A stretch of DNA of 59,232 nt, filler included, from Basidioascus undulatus (Eukaryota): assembly GCA_000826855.1 (NCBI GenBank). It is 5 parts of 5 records of this genome, joined end to end, with 100 filler letters (N's around TTAATTAATTAA, not from the genome) between each part and the next. Parts side by side here need not be neighbours in the genome. Positions count along the whole stretch, not along the records: positions 47,523 to 59,232 come from JTLS01000985.1; 4 more parts are not named here. One strand, given 5' to 3'. Position numbers and translations under genes: made by a program. The notes beneath the pieces were generated by a model. It was not told the origin of the DNA and ran no database searches. It was given only the letters and a program-made list of their open reading frames with translations. Position 1 is the stretch's first letter. Every line of letters starts with the position of its first letter. Positions 48,548 through 59,232 of the stretch are shown one piece after another.

Positions 48548-48863
48548 GATCTGACAATGCTAGCAGGTAGATAATTTGGGGATATCAACCAGAATATGCG
48601 CATCATCCATGAGATACGTTAAGTCGAGCACGCGCAGCGCTGCGAGGAGCGCAAGACCGTCTCCAGAGCTCAACGCTCAAGGGGGGGCAGGGGCAATGAC
48701 GCGCCAGGACCGCAAGACCGTCTCCAGCGCCGTGCTTGAGCTCGGCAACCACCGTCTTGCGCTCCTCGCAGCGCTGCGCGTGCTCGACATAACGTATCTC
48801 ATGGATGATGCGCATATTCTGGTTGATATCCCCACATTGCCTATCTGCTGGCATTGTCAGATC
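48548..48863. repeat. Long inverted repeat: 113-bp arms (48548-48660, 48751-48863), 90-bp spacer
   Basis: Manual alignment of the left arm with the reverse complement of the right arm gives 7 mismatches and no gaps. Confidence 0.95.
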
Positions 48864-48922
48864 CATCCTCCCTGTTCATCCTCATACCTCCTCCTTGCCA
48901 TTGGAAGCGCTTCAGGCGCATG

Positions 48923-49122
48923 CGGTCCAGCGTCGAATGCGGTGTTTCTAGATAGGGTTGTCTAAAAGAACACAACCCTTTCTGCATAGCAATTTTCCGC
49001 GGAACACGCATCTTCCCGCCCGGTCCAGCGTCGAATGCGGTGTTTCTAGATAGGTTTGTCTAAAAGAACACAACCCTTTCTGCATAGCAATTTTCCTTTA
49101 GCGGCACACGCATCTTCCCGCC
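48923..49122 (+). repeat. Near-perfect tandem duplication, 98-bp period
   Basis: CGGTCCAGCGTCGAATGCGG..CATCTTCCCGCC at 48923 and 49021; the second copy has a 4-nt insertion and few substitutions. Confidence 0.95.
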
Positions 49123-49208
49123 GCGACTCATCCGGGCGGAAGCTGTTCCAATCCTCCGTCCGCGCTCACCGTTTCCCCTTCACTCACCTGCAGCTTCCGC
49201 ATCTCTTC

Positions 49209-49248
49209 CGAGCGAAGTTCCGCGTTATCGAGCGAAGTTCCGCGTTAT
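49209..49248 (+). repeat. Perfect 20-bp tandem duplication CGAGCGAAGTTCCGCGTTAT
   Basis: Directly visible. Confidence 0.95.
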
Positions 49249-49310
49249 AGACCACAAAACTTCGGTGCACTCCTATAAGTTATTCTTGGACGATTAAGAC
49301 ACCTACGGCG

Positions 49311-49937
49311 ATGTCTCTGTGGATCTCGGCCATCACAGTGTTTTGTGCGACAGCGACAGCGTTGAGTATAACGAAGCTACTTCGCAGCGACATGTTTCTG
49401 ATGCAGAGGGAACAGAGCTCAATGGGTTGGCACCCGATGGGATAATATGGTCTGCCAGGGCCTGTAATGCTATTCCCGCATTACAGACTTCCGATGAGCT
49501 GGGTTCTAACCGAACCTTTGCGCAGATCCGGTCTTCGTGGGCAAGCTTCAGTCCTCAACCAGCTCTATCTCTGCCACCGAGGATCTGCCATTCCCCGCTC
49601 AAATGGCATGCCAGGCGCTACCAGTCAGTCGTTGGCAAATAGACACTATTCGGCGCACTTGACTAACCCTCAGGACCCATCTCGATTTCTAGTCGCGCTC
49701 ATCGTCCTCTCCTCTATCATCGGACTTTGCCTGACCCTTTTCATTGCCCACAAGGCTCTGAGATTCTACCAGCAGAGGCGGCGCGTGCGGGCGCAGGCTG
49801 CAGGGGCGACCGGTGTGGGCGCCTGGCGCAAGATGGAGGATGGTCCGGATGGTCTGGGCAGGAGGCGCACAGATGGAGCACCCGATTCAGTCAGCATGGG
49901 TCCAATGAGACCCCTGGAGCCCGCTTACAAGGCGTAA
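49311..49937 (+). CDS. Small hypothetical membrane protein (signal-like N-terminus, one TM helix)
   Basis: MSLWISAITVFCATATAL.. and last exon DPSRFLVALIVLSSIIGLCLTLFIAHKALRFYQQRRR..AYKA*. Internal exons uncertain. Confidence 0.45.
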
Positions 49938-51037
49938 TCTGCAGAACAGCGGGGTGTACAGGTTCTTTCTCTCAGGACCCAGCATGTAACATAACCAAAG
50001 CGTCGTAAACGTGTTGCAAGCTTGCTACCCGGCGGTTCGCAAGCTCACGAGGCCTTGACAGGCCTCCAGAGCCTGATCAATCACCAATTCTGAAATATAA
50101 GGAGCGTGAAGGAGTACTCACCACAACTTGCAGCGGCTCTGCTCGATCGGCGCACTGCTGCGAGCGCTGGCGCAGCACGGTTACTCACGCCCACACTCTC
50201 TCAAATTTATCTGAATGACGATTTTTACTATATTTGTTGCTACCTTGAGTTGTGATCAGCCTTCGGAGCAGCCGGTATGAGGGGTTCCAGTAATAGGATG
50301 CTGGGCTTTCAATTGTTCCGCCACGGTCCAACCTGAGGAGTTTCGTCTCCGCACTCATGATTGATTGTGGTGGCTGCTGCATTTCAAGCTGGATCCCTGT
50401 TTACTTCGGTCAATTCCACGGACTTAACAACAAAGAGAGGCGAGTCTTGGTCATGCGCCGCATAGGTACTCTCATGTTGGTGCCTGACCAGCGGAAGTTT
50501 CAAAAGACGGCATCCCCACTTCGCTCAACCGATCTGGCCTCTTCAACTCACCCAAAGCCCAATTACAATTTTGAGCCCAGTTAATGTCACTTTTCTGTGG
50601 TTTTTTAATGACGTGTCTATCATCAGGCTTGCAGTATGTCAAAAGACTCGCCAGCATGCCGTTTCATCCCACGCGCCCTCCAGTAATCTGCGCTCTGCGT
50701 TTCAGGTGGCACGGAGTGACTTCACCCCCATTTCGCTCTGTGCGCCTTAGCCACAACACGACCCTCATTCCCTTGATGCGCCGTAGGCCTGTTCCACTTT
50801 ATTCTTGCCTGAGATCTGGGCTCCAGCGATCTTGATGTTTTGAGGCGTTGAGTTCACAGCTCAGCTCCTTGCTTTCTTCCCTCCATCATCTCCCCCTCTT
50901 CTTCTCTCTGGGTCTTCGGCTACACACTCGCTCCTTACTTTCCACCTTTCACACTCGTTCATTGATTCATACTCACAACCAACCATTCCTTTACACCGTC
51001 GATCGGTCTTCACCTTCACGCGCGACTTCGATACAAC

Positions 51038-52847
51038 ATGATTGCTCCAGCGGCACTCCTGACCCTCGCCATGGCTCTGTCGGCGTTCGCCCACTCCCCC
51101 CGAGCCCCGGGCAGCCGTTTCCGCGACAGGCACTTTACCGCCGACTCCGCCTCTATTCGTGTTCGTGATGAGCCGCAGGGCTGGGATTTGGGCTCATGCA
51201 TCGCCGTCTGGTGCGTTGCTGGCCTGCTTTCCGGCCCTTCAAGCAGCTGAGTGTGACTGACTTTACGTGAAAGCTACAGCGGCCAGCAGTTCGGAGGCGA
51301 CTCTTTCTGGCAGACAATTTACGCTGGCTCGTCTTCCGGAGGCTCGTCTTCCGGAGGCTCGGGCTCGTCGTCTTCTTCGGCTTCCAAGCCTGAGATCCCA
51401 GCGTCGACCGTTGTGGGGTCCACGCCGGCATCGACGCCGGTCCCGCAGTCATCGTCCACGCCCACTCCTACTACTACCTCCGCTGCGCCCCAGTCGTCTG
51501 AGACGTCGGGTGACGACAGCGAGTATGAGGGTGACGGTACGTACAGAGGTACCATCGGGAACAGATGGACGTCGCTGACTCTTTGATGGCGAAACTCTAG
51601 AGGACTGCGAGTATGAGGACGACGGCAGCGACGACTTCTCCGCTCTCCCTGTCGGCGAGCCCTCAGTCCAGGCTGAATGTAAACCTTTTGCACGCTTTCC
51701 TGCCCAAACGCAGTCGATACTCACCAGTTCCTTCTCCGTACTACAGCCTCGTCTGCGAGGGAAACGGCCACTTCTACCTTTGCTTCTGAGCCGTCCAGCT
51801 CCGCTTCTGAGCCGATGAGCTCTGCTTCTGAGCCGGCCAGCTCTGCGACCGAGACGGCTACGTCGTACTCCTCCGACTTCTCAACGTCCACCACCGGCGC
51901 TGTGGAATCTGCGACGCCTTCCGCCGCACCGGCCAACAACTTGATTGCCCAGCCCGACAGCTCCTCTGCCTCCGGTTCGTCCATTTATGCGCTTCTTGAG
52001 CTTTGTCCTGGTTCATATGATGACACAGCACGGCTTCTTTCAGCGATTTCGACTACATCCGCGGCAGCATCCACCCAGTCTTCTTCCCGTGCGCCTCCTA
52101 TCATGTTACCTTCTTCCATAAAGCTTGACAACCTCCTTGTCGACTGCAGCGGCCTCCTCTGAACTCGCCTCGCGCGCTCTGGCCGCGCACAACTCGGTTC
52201 GGGCCAAGCACGGCGCCGTCGACCTGACGTGGAGCGACGAGGTCGCCGCTTATGCCCAGACGCAGGCGGACAAGTGCGTCTTCCAGCACTCTAGCAGTCA
52301 GTACGGCGAGAACATTGCCGCAGGATCCGGTGACTACTCCATTGAGAGCGCCGTCACCGACTGGGTCGCGGAGGAGTGTAAGTTTCTCGTTCCTACGCCG
52401 CCTGACTTCCCTACCAGGATCGAGCTGACTGCTTTGTGACAGCCCAATACGACCCGTCCAACCCGCAGTACTCCCACTTTACCCAGGCAAGTCCAGCTGA
52501 CTGCTGTGGGACCGCCTCGTACTACCAACTAATCTACTCGCTCTACCAGGTTGTCTGGAAGGGCAGCACGCAGCTGGGCTGCGCGGTCGCCACTTGCTCG
52601 AACCTCTTCGAAGGGTGGGGCGACTCCCAGCTTATCTTCTGCAACTACGAAGCGGTAAGTAGCGACTCGAACAAGTTCGGGGTTTCTTCGGGTTCGCTGA
52701 CACTCACGCACGTACATTCAACCAGGCTGGTAATGTCATCGGCCAGTTCGCCGAGAACGTCCAGGGTGAGTCTACATTTTTGCTTGTCGTCTAGACTTCT
52801 GGTAGGTCCGGAATACTGACTCTCAGATCATTTTTTCACTAGTCTGA
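51038..52847 (+). CDS. Secreted CAP/SCP/PR-1 (Pry1-like) protein with Ser/Thr-rich linker
   Basis: Signal peptide MIAPAALLTLAMALSAFA; CAP motifs LAAHNSVRAKH..LTWS, FQHS..YGENIA, HFTQ|VVWKGSTQLGCA, CNY..|AGNVIGQFAENV; 15-bp and 21-bp (ASEPxSS x3) coding repeats. Confidence 0.93.
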
Positions 52848-53182
52848 GCGGACTTCAGTGCGCCAATGGCGGGCACGACCCCTTGCGGCGCAAGACTGTT
52901 TATGATTCTTTTTCGCGTGGGAGCGTGTACTTTTCCTTTGTTTCTCTTACAGGCTTTCTGCGGTCTGTGACCACAGCGTTTGTACCTGATTCAGTGGCCT
53001 CGAATGTCACCGCTTGACGCGGGACATTCCTCTGCATACATCGCATAGCATCGCATGACTCTGCTAGCTTGCCAGGTGACATCGCACTGACATCGATAGC
53101 TGTACGGCACTGACGCCACAAGACGTGTATCCAAACGCATCCGTGAAGAGAACCGTCCGCGGAGAGTCGCCGCCCAAGCAAT

Positions 53183-55957
53183 CTACAGTCGCTGCACGTC
53201 TTTCGCATCCTCCCCGAACGCGACCTTTGCCACGATCTTCTTCTGTACCTTTCCCATTTGATTCTGTCGTTTGGATTTATTAAGCAAATATTTACTGACC
53301 TGAACGGCGACACGTTGGAGACACGCACCCGAGGAATGTCGTCCATGATTCGAAGGAGAGTCGGCAGCTTGTACCTGCGGTTCGTGCGAAGTTTCAACAG
53401 ACTCGCAGAGCAAGTGAGCATGTACAATAGAAAATACGCATACGCAGCCAGATCTTTTCGCAAAACATTCCGGAGCATTTTCAGGTTGAACTTCGCAGGG
53501 TCCTCACCCTCCTTCAGCACCAGTATTACGCTCACACGCTGTCCTGGATGGCAGGTCGTAGAGGATCAGCTGGCGGCAGGCGCAGAGCGCAAGAATGATC
53601 CAGATATGAAACCAGCGCCGTACCCCACTCGGCGTCGTCGACTCCCACAATCGCAACATCCGCGACGCCTGGAATAGAAAGTATCTCGCGCTCGATTTCG
53701 AGGGCTGACACCCTGTGCAAGTGAGCAACGATCAGAGTGGGATAGGATGTAAGCCGAATGAATGCCGGCAACGGAGGCAAAGGAGGACCCCACTTTTCAC
53801 CGCCAGACTTGATGATATCTTGCGAAGAACGTCCAAGAATCCGGTAAAGTCCACCAAGATTGTCCGCCGAGCGGGTAGCAATATCTCCGGTCTTGACTGC
53901 AGGCGAGGACAGGAACGTTAGACGAGACTGTCGCGTATTGATCAGATAAGACGACGACTCACACCAGCCGTCTTCGGTGAATTCCTTTGCAGTTGCTTCG
54001 GGGCGACGCCAATACCTGGGAAGGTGAATGAGGCTCATGATCGGCTAAACGCAGTGCAACGACAGTAACACACTGCGTAAACACCGTGTCGCCCTTCAAC
54101 TGCAACTCGCCAGCGGCTTCGCGCTCGTCTGTAACGTCCTTGTCGAGCTCCAGGCTCCACAGCCGGGCTTTTACCCCCGGAAGAGGTAGCCCGACGTGTC
54201 CCTGTACCAACAATTTCAGCTCATACGGCGCGAAGTCAGTATCGATGGGCATACGTCAACACGCTCGCGATCCTCCATCCCGCAGCTCAAGGCCATCCCG
54301 ACTTCGCTCATGCCCATCCGCTCGAGCAGCACGATGCCATCGCTGACCTCTGTTGACCAGCGCCCTTCGGTCAAACTACGGCTTCAGCACGACATGTGGA
54401 GAATGAACAAGACGTACCGAACCACTTCTGCTTTAGAGGACTCGGCAGCGGCGCGCTTCCGCTCATCATTAGCCTGAACTGGGCTTTGAGAGCTTTGCTC
54501 GCGGCGCTCGGGTCGGGCAGCGTAGCGTGTTGGGCTATCATACGTGAGTAGACGGTTGGGACCGCCGTGAAGACCGTGAGCTTGGGTGCCGATGGTGCAA
54601 GGATGCGCTCCCACACCTGTCATGGAATGGATGTAAACTTCAACCGCAAGATCCAGAAGGGTGCGGCATTGAGGTAAATCGTACAGTAGAGGCCAAAAAG
54701 CGAGGCATCATTTCGACAGTCGCGCCGACATAGATAGGGCAGTGCAAGGCATTGACGATGCCGTGCACATGATTGAGTGGGAGGAAATGCAGGATCTGTG
54801 GTGGACATCGCTCTAAGCATGAGAAGCGCATGATTAGAGAAGTGAAGATACTTACTCGGTCTTCGGGGGTCCATCGCCATGCCTCAGCGAGCGACTTGAT
54901 CTGTGCGATCAAGCCGCGGTGAGACGTGACAACACCTTTGGGCTTGCCGCTGCCACCTCGAGTCAGTCAGTACATTATTAGGAGAGCAAATCTAATCAGC
55001 GGTGCTTGATTACTTACGTGGTTCCCGAGGTATAGAGAATCAGTGCACCGCGGTCAAGGTCGATCTCGGCCGGCGCAATCTGTGACAGGCGGCCATGGTC
55101 AGCACAGGCTTGAGATGCGCTTGGCCGCTTGTTTCGACACCCACCGAAGGAGGTTTCTCGGTAGTTGACCCATCATTCTGTATGACCACCACATACGGAA
55201 TGCTGTAACCAAACGATCAGCATAGGAAGACGACCAAAGATCTGGTGAAATGGCGCACCCCAGCTCCTTCGCTCGCCCTTCAAGGCTGTCGTGCGAGACG
55301 ATAATGACGGGCTCTGAATCTGTAGCACCGTATTGATCAGGGAGTCCTTTTGAATTCACGCTTCAGGAATGCAGAACGTACCTTCCACGACGTACTGCAT
55401 CTCAGGCAGAGGGTGAGAAGGAAGCAAGGGAACAACGATTCCGCCTGCGGCCTATAAACAGCATCAGCAACACACCGCTTTGAACGGTATAGAGCACTTA
55501 CCCATGTCGCCCATTGAGCAACGACGTAAGCGTAGCCGTTCGGCACGAGCAGAGCGACGCGCTCCTGTTCGGGGCGATCGAGATGGGATACACATGAGCT
55601 TGCGCGGCAGAACCAAACGACTGAAATGACGGCCGCCCACTTCTTTCAGGTCACTGCGCAGATATTGAAGGTCAGCGACGCGCCGTTGGGAGGAACTGCA
55701 TCGAGCGAGACGTGCTCCTTCCTGACAGTCGCGAGGAGCTTGCCGTGAAGACGATCAACGTCCCTCACGAGCTCGCCATACGTCCGTTCCAAGTTGGCTT
55801 GAACGTCGACCACAGCCAAGCGTTCGGGGTGCGAAATGGCGGATCGAAAGAGCTCGAGATCCGGAAGCCCTGGCAGGCGTAGGCAGTGTGAGTTGAACGA
55901 GCCATTCGAGAGCGACGCGACTGGAAGTGCACCATGAGACGGTACGTCCGAAGCCAT
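53183..55957 (-). CDS. Acyl-CoA synthetase, ACSF3/MatB (malonyl-CoA synthetase)-like
   Basis: ILYTSGTT|GKPKGV, WRWTPEDR|ILHFLPLNHVHGI, AVPTVYSR, RLMMSGSAPLP, KTGDIA, ILGRSSQDIIKSGGEK|VSALEIERE, PR|NQMGKVQKK. Alternative ATG at 55966. Confidence 0.9.
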
Positions 55958-56287
55958 CTTTGTCATTTCGTCAGTGAGTGTGAATGTAAAACTAATGTCG
56001 ATAGGTAATGATCAACGAGAAGCGCGAGCAAGCAGGAAGGCAGGCGGAGGACAATGATTTTGGGGCAACCGTCGCCTGGGGCAGATCTCGGGATTCCGCT
56101 GTCATTGGTCGTCGCGGCTCGGGGCGGCTTCGGCCGCAGATAAGCGACAGCGAAGCGAGGAGCATCGGCACACAATAGAAATCAGAACAATGCATTGAAA
56201 ATACCGATTCAGAGTACAAGAAGTGTAGCGATGGGTATGCGTGCAAGAAAAGTCCATGTAACGAGAGCGAAAGGAGAGCGAAAAACA

Positions 56288-58760
56288 CTAGCCGCCGTGC
56301 CCATCCTCCAAGCCACCGACGCCGCCGTCCAGCCGCGCCCGCTTGACATGCCCTCCCTCAACGTCGAGCTCACTCAGCGGCGCACGCAGCGGAGAATGCT
56401 GCCGAAGGCCGGGTTGGGCCATCTGCTGGAGCCGGTTCAGGTTGAGCGCCATGCCCGGCGGAGCGGCTGTCTCGTCGTGACTGCGCGCGCGTTCATGAGG
56501 GAATCAGCAACGCATGTTCGGTCCTATTCAAAAGACCTAAAGCGCGCTGACCTGTTCTCGCCCATACCGGGGCGCTTGACCCCACGCGCCGGCATGAAGC
56601 CTCCCTCGTCCGGCTTTGACGCGTCCGCGCCGAAAGCGAAGGCGCCGTCGGAGGTAGCGCGCTGCATCGGCCCATGGCTGGGCCGGTTGAGCTGCGGGAG
56701 CGGGTTTACCGAGGGGGACGCAGCGGTAGCAGCAGCGAGAGCGGCGGCGCGAGCTGCAGCGCCCGGGTTGGCGGTCGGCGGTGGCGGTTTGCTGTGCGGG
56801 GCGGCAGCGTTCTGCGATATTTTTCAGACATCAGCGATACGTAAAGAAACCGCTATAGGTGGAACGACGCGTACCACGCCAGGAGGAAAGTGGAAACCGC
56901 CAATCGAAGACGGCGGTGGGGCGGCCTGCGCTTGCTGCTGCTGCTGCTGCTGCTGAGGCGGCGCGCTACGCTGCATCGCCCTGGGCCCTCCTCCCGCCCC
57001 GCCAGAGCCACCGGAGCTGGACTGCGCGTCGCGCGAAGGCGGGCTGGATCCGGGGCGACTCGGATGCTGGATCTGGGCGGCGTTGCGAGGCTGCTGCTGA
57101 GGCTGTGGCGGACGAGCGGCGGCCGCCCCGGGAGGACGGGATTGCTGAGGCGGCGGGGGCCGGTTCTGTGGCGGAGCGGGACGTTGTTGAGCAGGACCGG
57201 GGCGGAACTGAGGCGGAGGAGGGCGAGGCTGAGGGTTGGGTCTCTGTTGTGGCGGAGGCTGCTGCTGCTGGGTTATGGAGCTGCAAGAACGGCGCCCCTT
57301 TGTCAGTGCAAAGCTACGCGATGGGCAGCAGAAGGACGCACCTCTCCTTCATGCTGACGTCGCCTTCCGTCTCCGCAATGCTAGCGTCCCCACCCCCGTC
57401 TCCATCCGCGCCGAGCGCGCCGAGCTCGACGTTCGCCCACACCTCGTCGTCCTCCTCCGGCCCAAACATATCCGCCGTCGTCGGCCGATTGTCGCGCGAG
57501 AGCGGGCTGGGTTTGTGCACGTGCTGCTGGAGCGGACGCGGGTTCGATACCGGCGTACGCGTCGGAGCGGCGGAGGTAGAGATGGACGCGACCACAGCGG
57601 AGGGTTTGTTGAAGACGGGGACGGGGGCGTTCCCGTTCTCGGCGAATTCGGGTCGGCGATGCAGCGTCGACTTGTCGAACTTGGGCTGTGGATTAGGAGA
57701 GGCAACGTGAGAGAAGACTCGGTGGACGTCAAGAGCACTTGGGACGCACGACAGGGAGCTTGATCTTCACCACCTCCTTGGTATACTCCCTGTCGTAAAG
57801 GCAATTGCCGAGGACGTTACCGAAGTTGCGCAGCGCGCGCTTGATGGCGTCGGTGACGGCCTCCTTCTTGCACTGCACAGCGACGGCCCGCCGCGAAAGC
57901 GTCAGATAAAAGACAGCGACAGTCCAATCCGGCGCCAGAACGCACCTTGTCGAGAGCGGGACCCTTCTGCTTCGCGTTCTCGAGAGAACCGTAGCCGATG
58001 TCCTCGTGGAAGGCGCCATCTTGGAGCATCACGCGCACGATGGCTGTGACGCCGACGTTGTAGCGATGGGAGTCGGGGTTGAAGTCGCACTACGATTACG
58101 ATTAGGAAGCAGTTAGCACGCAGGCCATTTCCGGAGGTTTGAGCACTACTGACGAAGTCAACTGTGAGCGATGAGATGGACGATGACCACCCGTTGAAGC
58201 CGAACACCTCGTTGGCTGAGAGCGTCCACACGGATCACAATTTCTGCTCAGCATGCCGAGCCGAAGCCAAAGTGCGCACCGAGATTGATCGCCTTCCAGC
58301 CCTCGATGTACGTGAGCTTCGGACCTGCAGAAAGAAACGCACGTCAACCACGACCGAAGACGGAATGCTCATTCGCCCCGGCTCCCCTCGCCCAAAGCGG
58401 CCTCAATCCAGCCAATTCAGTCACCCAGCCAATCGAGTCTCTCACGTGCCAGCTCCCCAAAGTGAATGAGTACTCACCTCCTCCCGGCCCCGGCCGTTGG
58501 CTAATGTACTCGGGGCCCAGCCTCTTGTCCAGCTTCGCCTGCAGCTCCCCGATCTTGTCCACGCTCCACTGGCTGAAGTGCGGCATCGAACTTGCCTGGC
58601 TCCCGAAGGGAGTCCCATGCATGGGTGACCAGCCGAAGTCGCTCTGCGTCGCCCTATACTGTTGGGTCGTCGCAGGTGTATGCGGCGGCGGTGGACGGGG
58701 AGGCGCTTGCCGGTGCATCTTGTCGAGCAGGTGAGCCGACAGCGAGGATGGACCAGCCAT
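56288..58760 (-). CDS. RAD52: Recombination mediator Rad52
   Basis: [84 protein letters not shown]-terminal FxxA-like GFMPARG. Confidence 0.97.
56932..56955 (-). repeat. (CAG)7CAA microsatellite encoding Q8 in Rad52
   Basis: Directly visible as (CTG)7 on the + strand. Confidence 0.9.
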
Positions 58761-58913
58761 GAAGCAGGCTGAGCGGTCGAAGCGTTGGCGTCTTTATTCG
58801 AGTGTGTGAGCTCGAAATTGGCTTTGCGGCGTTCACGGCGGGGAGGACGAGGCAGGTCAAAGAGCTGATGGTGGCGGGACGGAAAGGAGCGCGCAAGCGT
58901 GGGCGCGTCGAGG

Positions 58914-58921
58914 ACGCGTCA
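58914..58921 (-). promoter_or_regulatory. Candidate MCB element (TGACGCGT) about 155 bp upstream of RAD52
   Basis: ACGCGT core with additional CGCGT half-sites nearby. Confidence 0.4.
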
Positions 58922-59232
58922 ATGCCAAACGCCCTGCAAACCCGCGTTCTCAGTTTCGCAGGGGGCCGCCACGCCAATCTGTTTCTGTTGTTTCGGTGGC
59001 ATCCTAGTCTTGATTTACATTTCTGGTCGAACGCGACGGATCGTGCTGCACAGCCTCATTTAACCGCCAGCGCATTGAGCATCGCCGCGCCCGCCCCCCT
59101 CATCGAGCGGTGGCGCCTGGACTATAAGAAGGGCCCTCCCAACTTGCCTTAATCCCCATCTTTGTGCTCGGGCACGAGCTCTTATCAGTGAGGAGAAATC
59201 CGAGATAGAGCATTTGCTGGTTGCAAACAAAC

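Noticed and set aside
48923..49248. CRISPR-like array
   Set aside because: Only two abutting copies per repeat, no spacers, no cas genes, eukaryotic context.
41227..58760. DNA-repair cluster (ligase I + RAD52), and likewise a nitrogen cluster (DUR3 + Dal5-like) or a sterol link (ERG25 + CAP protein)
   Set aside because: The members lie on different contigs, so their proximity is an artefact of concatenation.

Overview
Eukaryotic, intron-dense, GC-rich fungal DNA, most likely a basidiomycete (GTGCGT/GTACGT/GTGAGT donors, CTGAC branch points, microexons, a DUF6535-like gene). The window is not one locus. It is five unrelated contigs (1-11785, 11886-23669, 23770-35551, 35652-47422, 47523-59232) joined by artificial 100-nt N44-TTAATTAATTAA-N44 linkers in descending size order, so adjacency across linkers means nothing. 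I reconstructed genes by hand-splicing, so internal exon boundaries are approximate. Apparently intact genes: RPC40 (partial), DUR3 urea transporter, a DHA2 MFS transporter (partial), an alpha/beta hydrolase, a MARVEL-like protein, RBG2/DRG2 head-to-head with LCP5, DNA ligase I, an HpcH/HpaI aldolase, a CAP/PR-1 protein, an ACSF3/MatB-like acyl-CoA synthetase, RAD52 and two identical tRNA-Thr(AGT). Clearly decayed: ERG25, an SDR and a Dal5-type permease, plus several weaker relics. The most notable observations are: (1) both tRNA-Thr contigs end exactly 20 nt upstream of the tRNA, possibly the footprint of a tRNA-targeting mobile element; (2) a heavy pseudogene load that includes ERG25; (3) a 113-bp-arm inverted repeat next to stacked tandem duplications; (4) a degenerate spliced gene that may be a tyrosine-recombinase (Crypton-like) relic. 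I could not demonstrate a complete novel system from the sequence alone.
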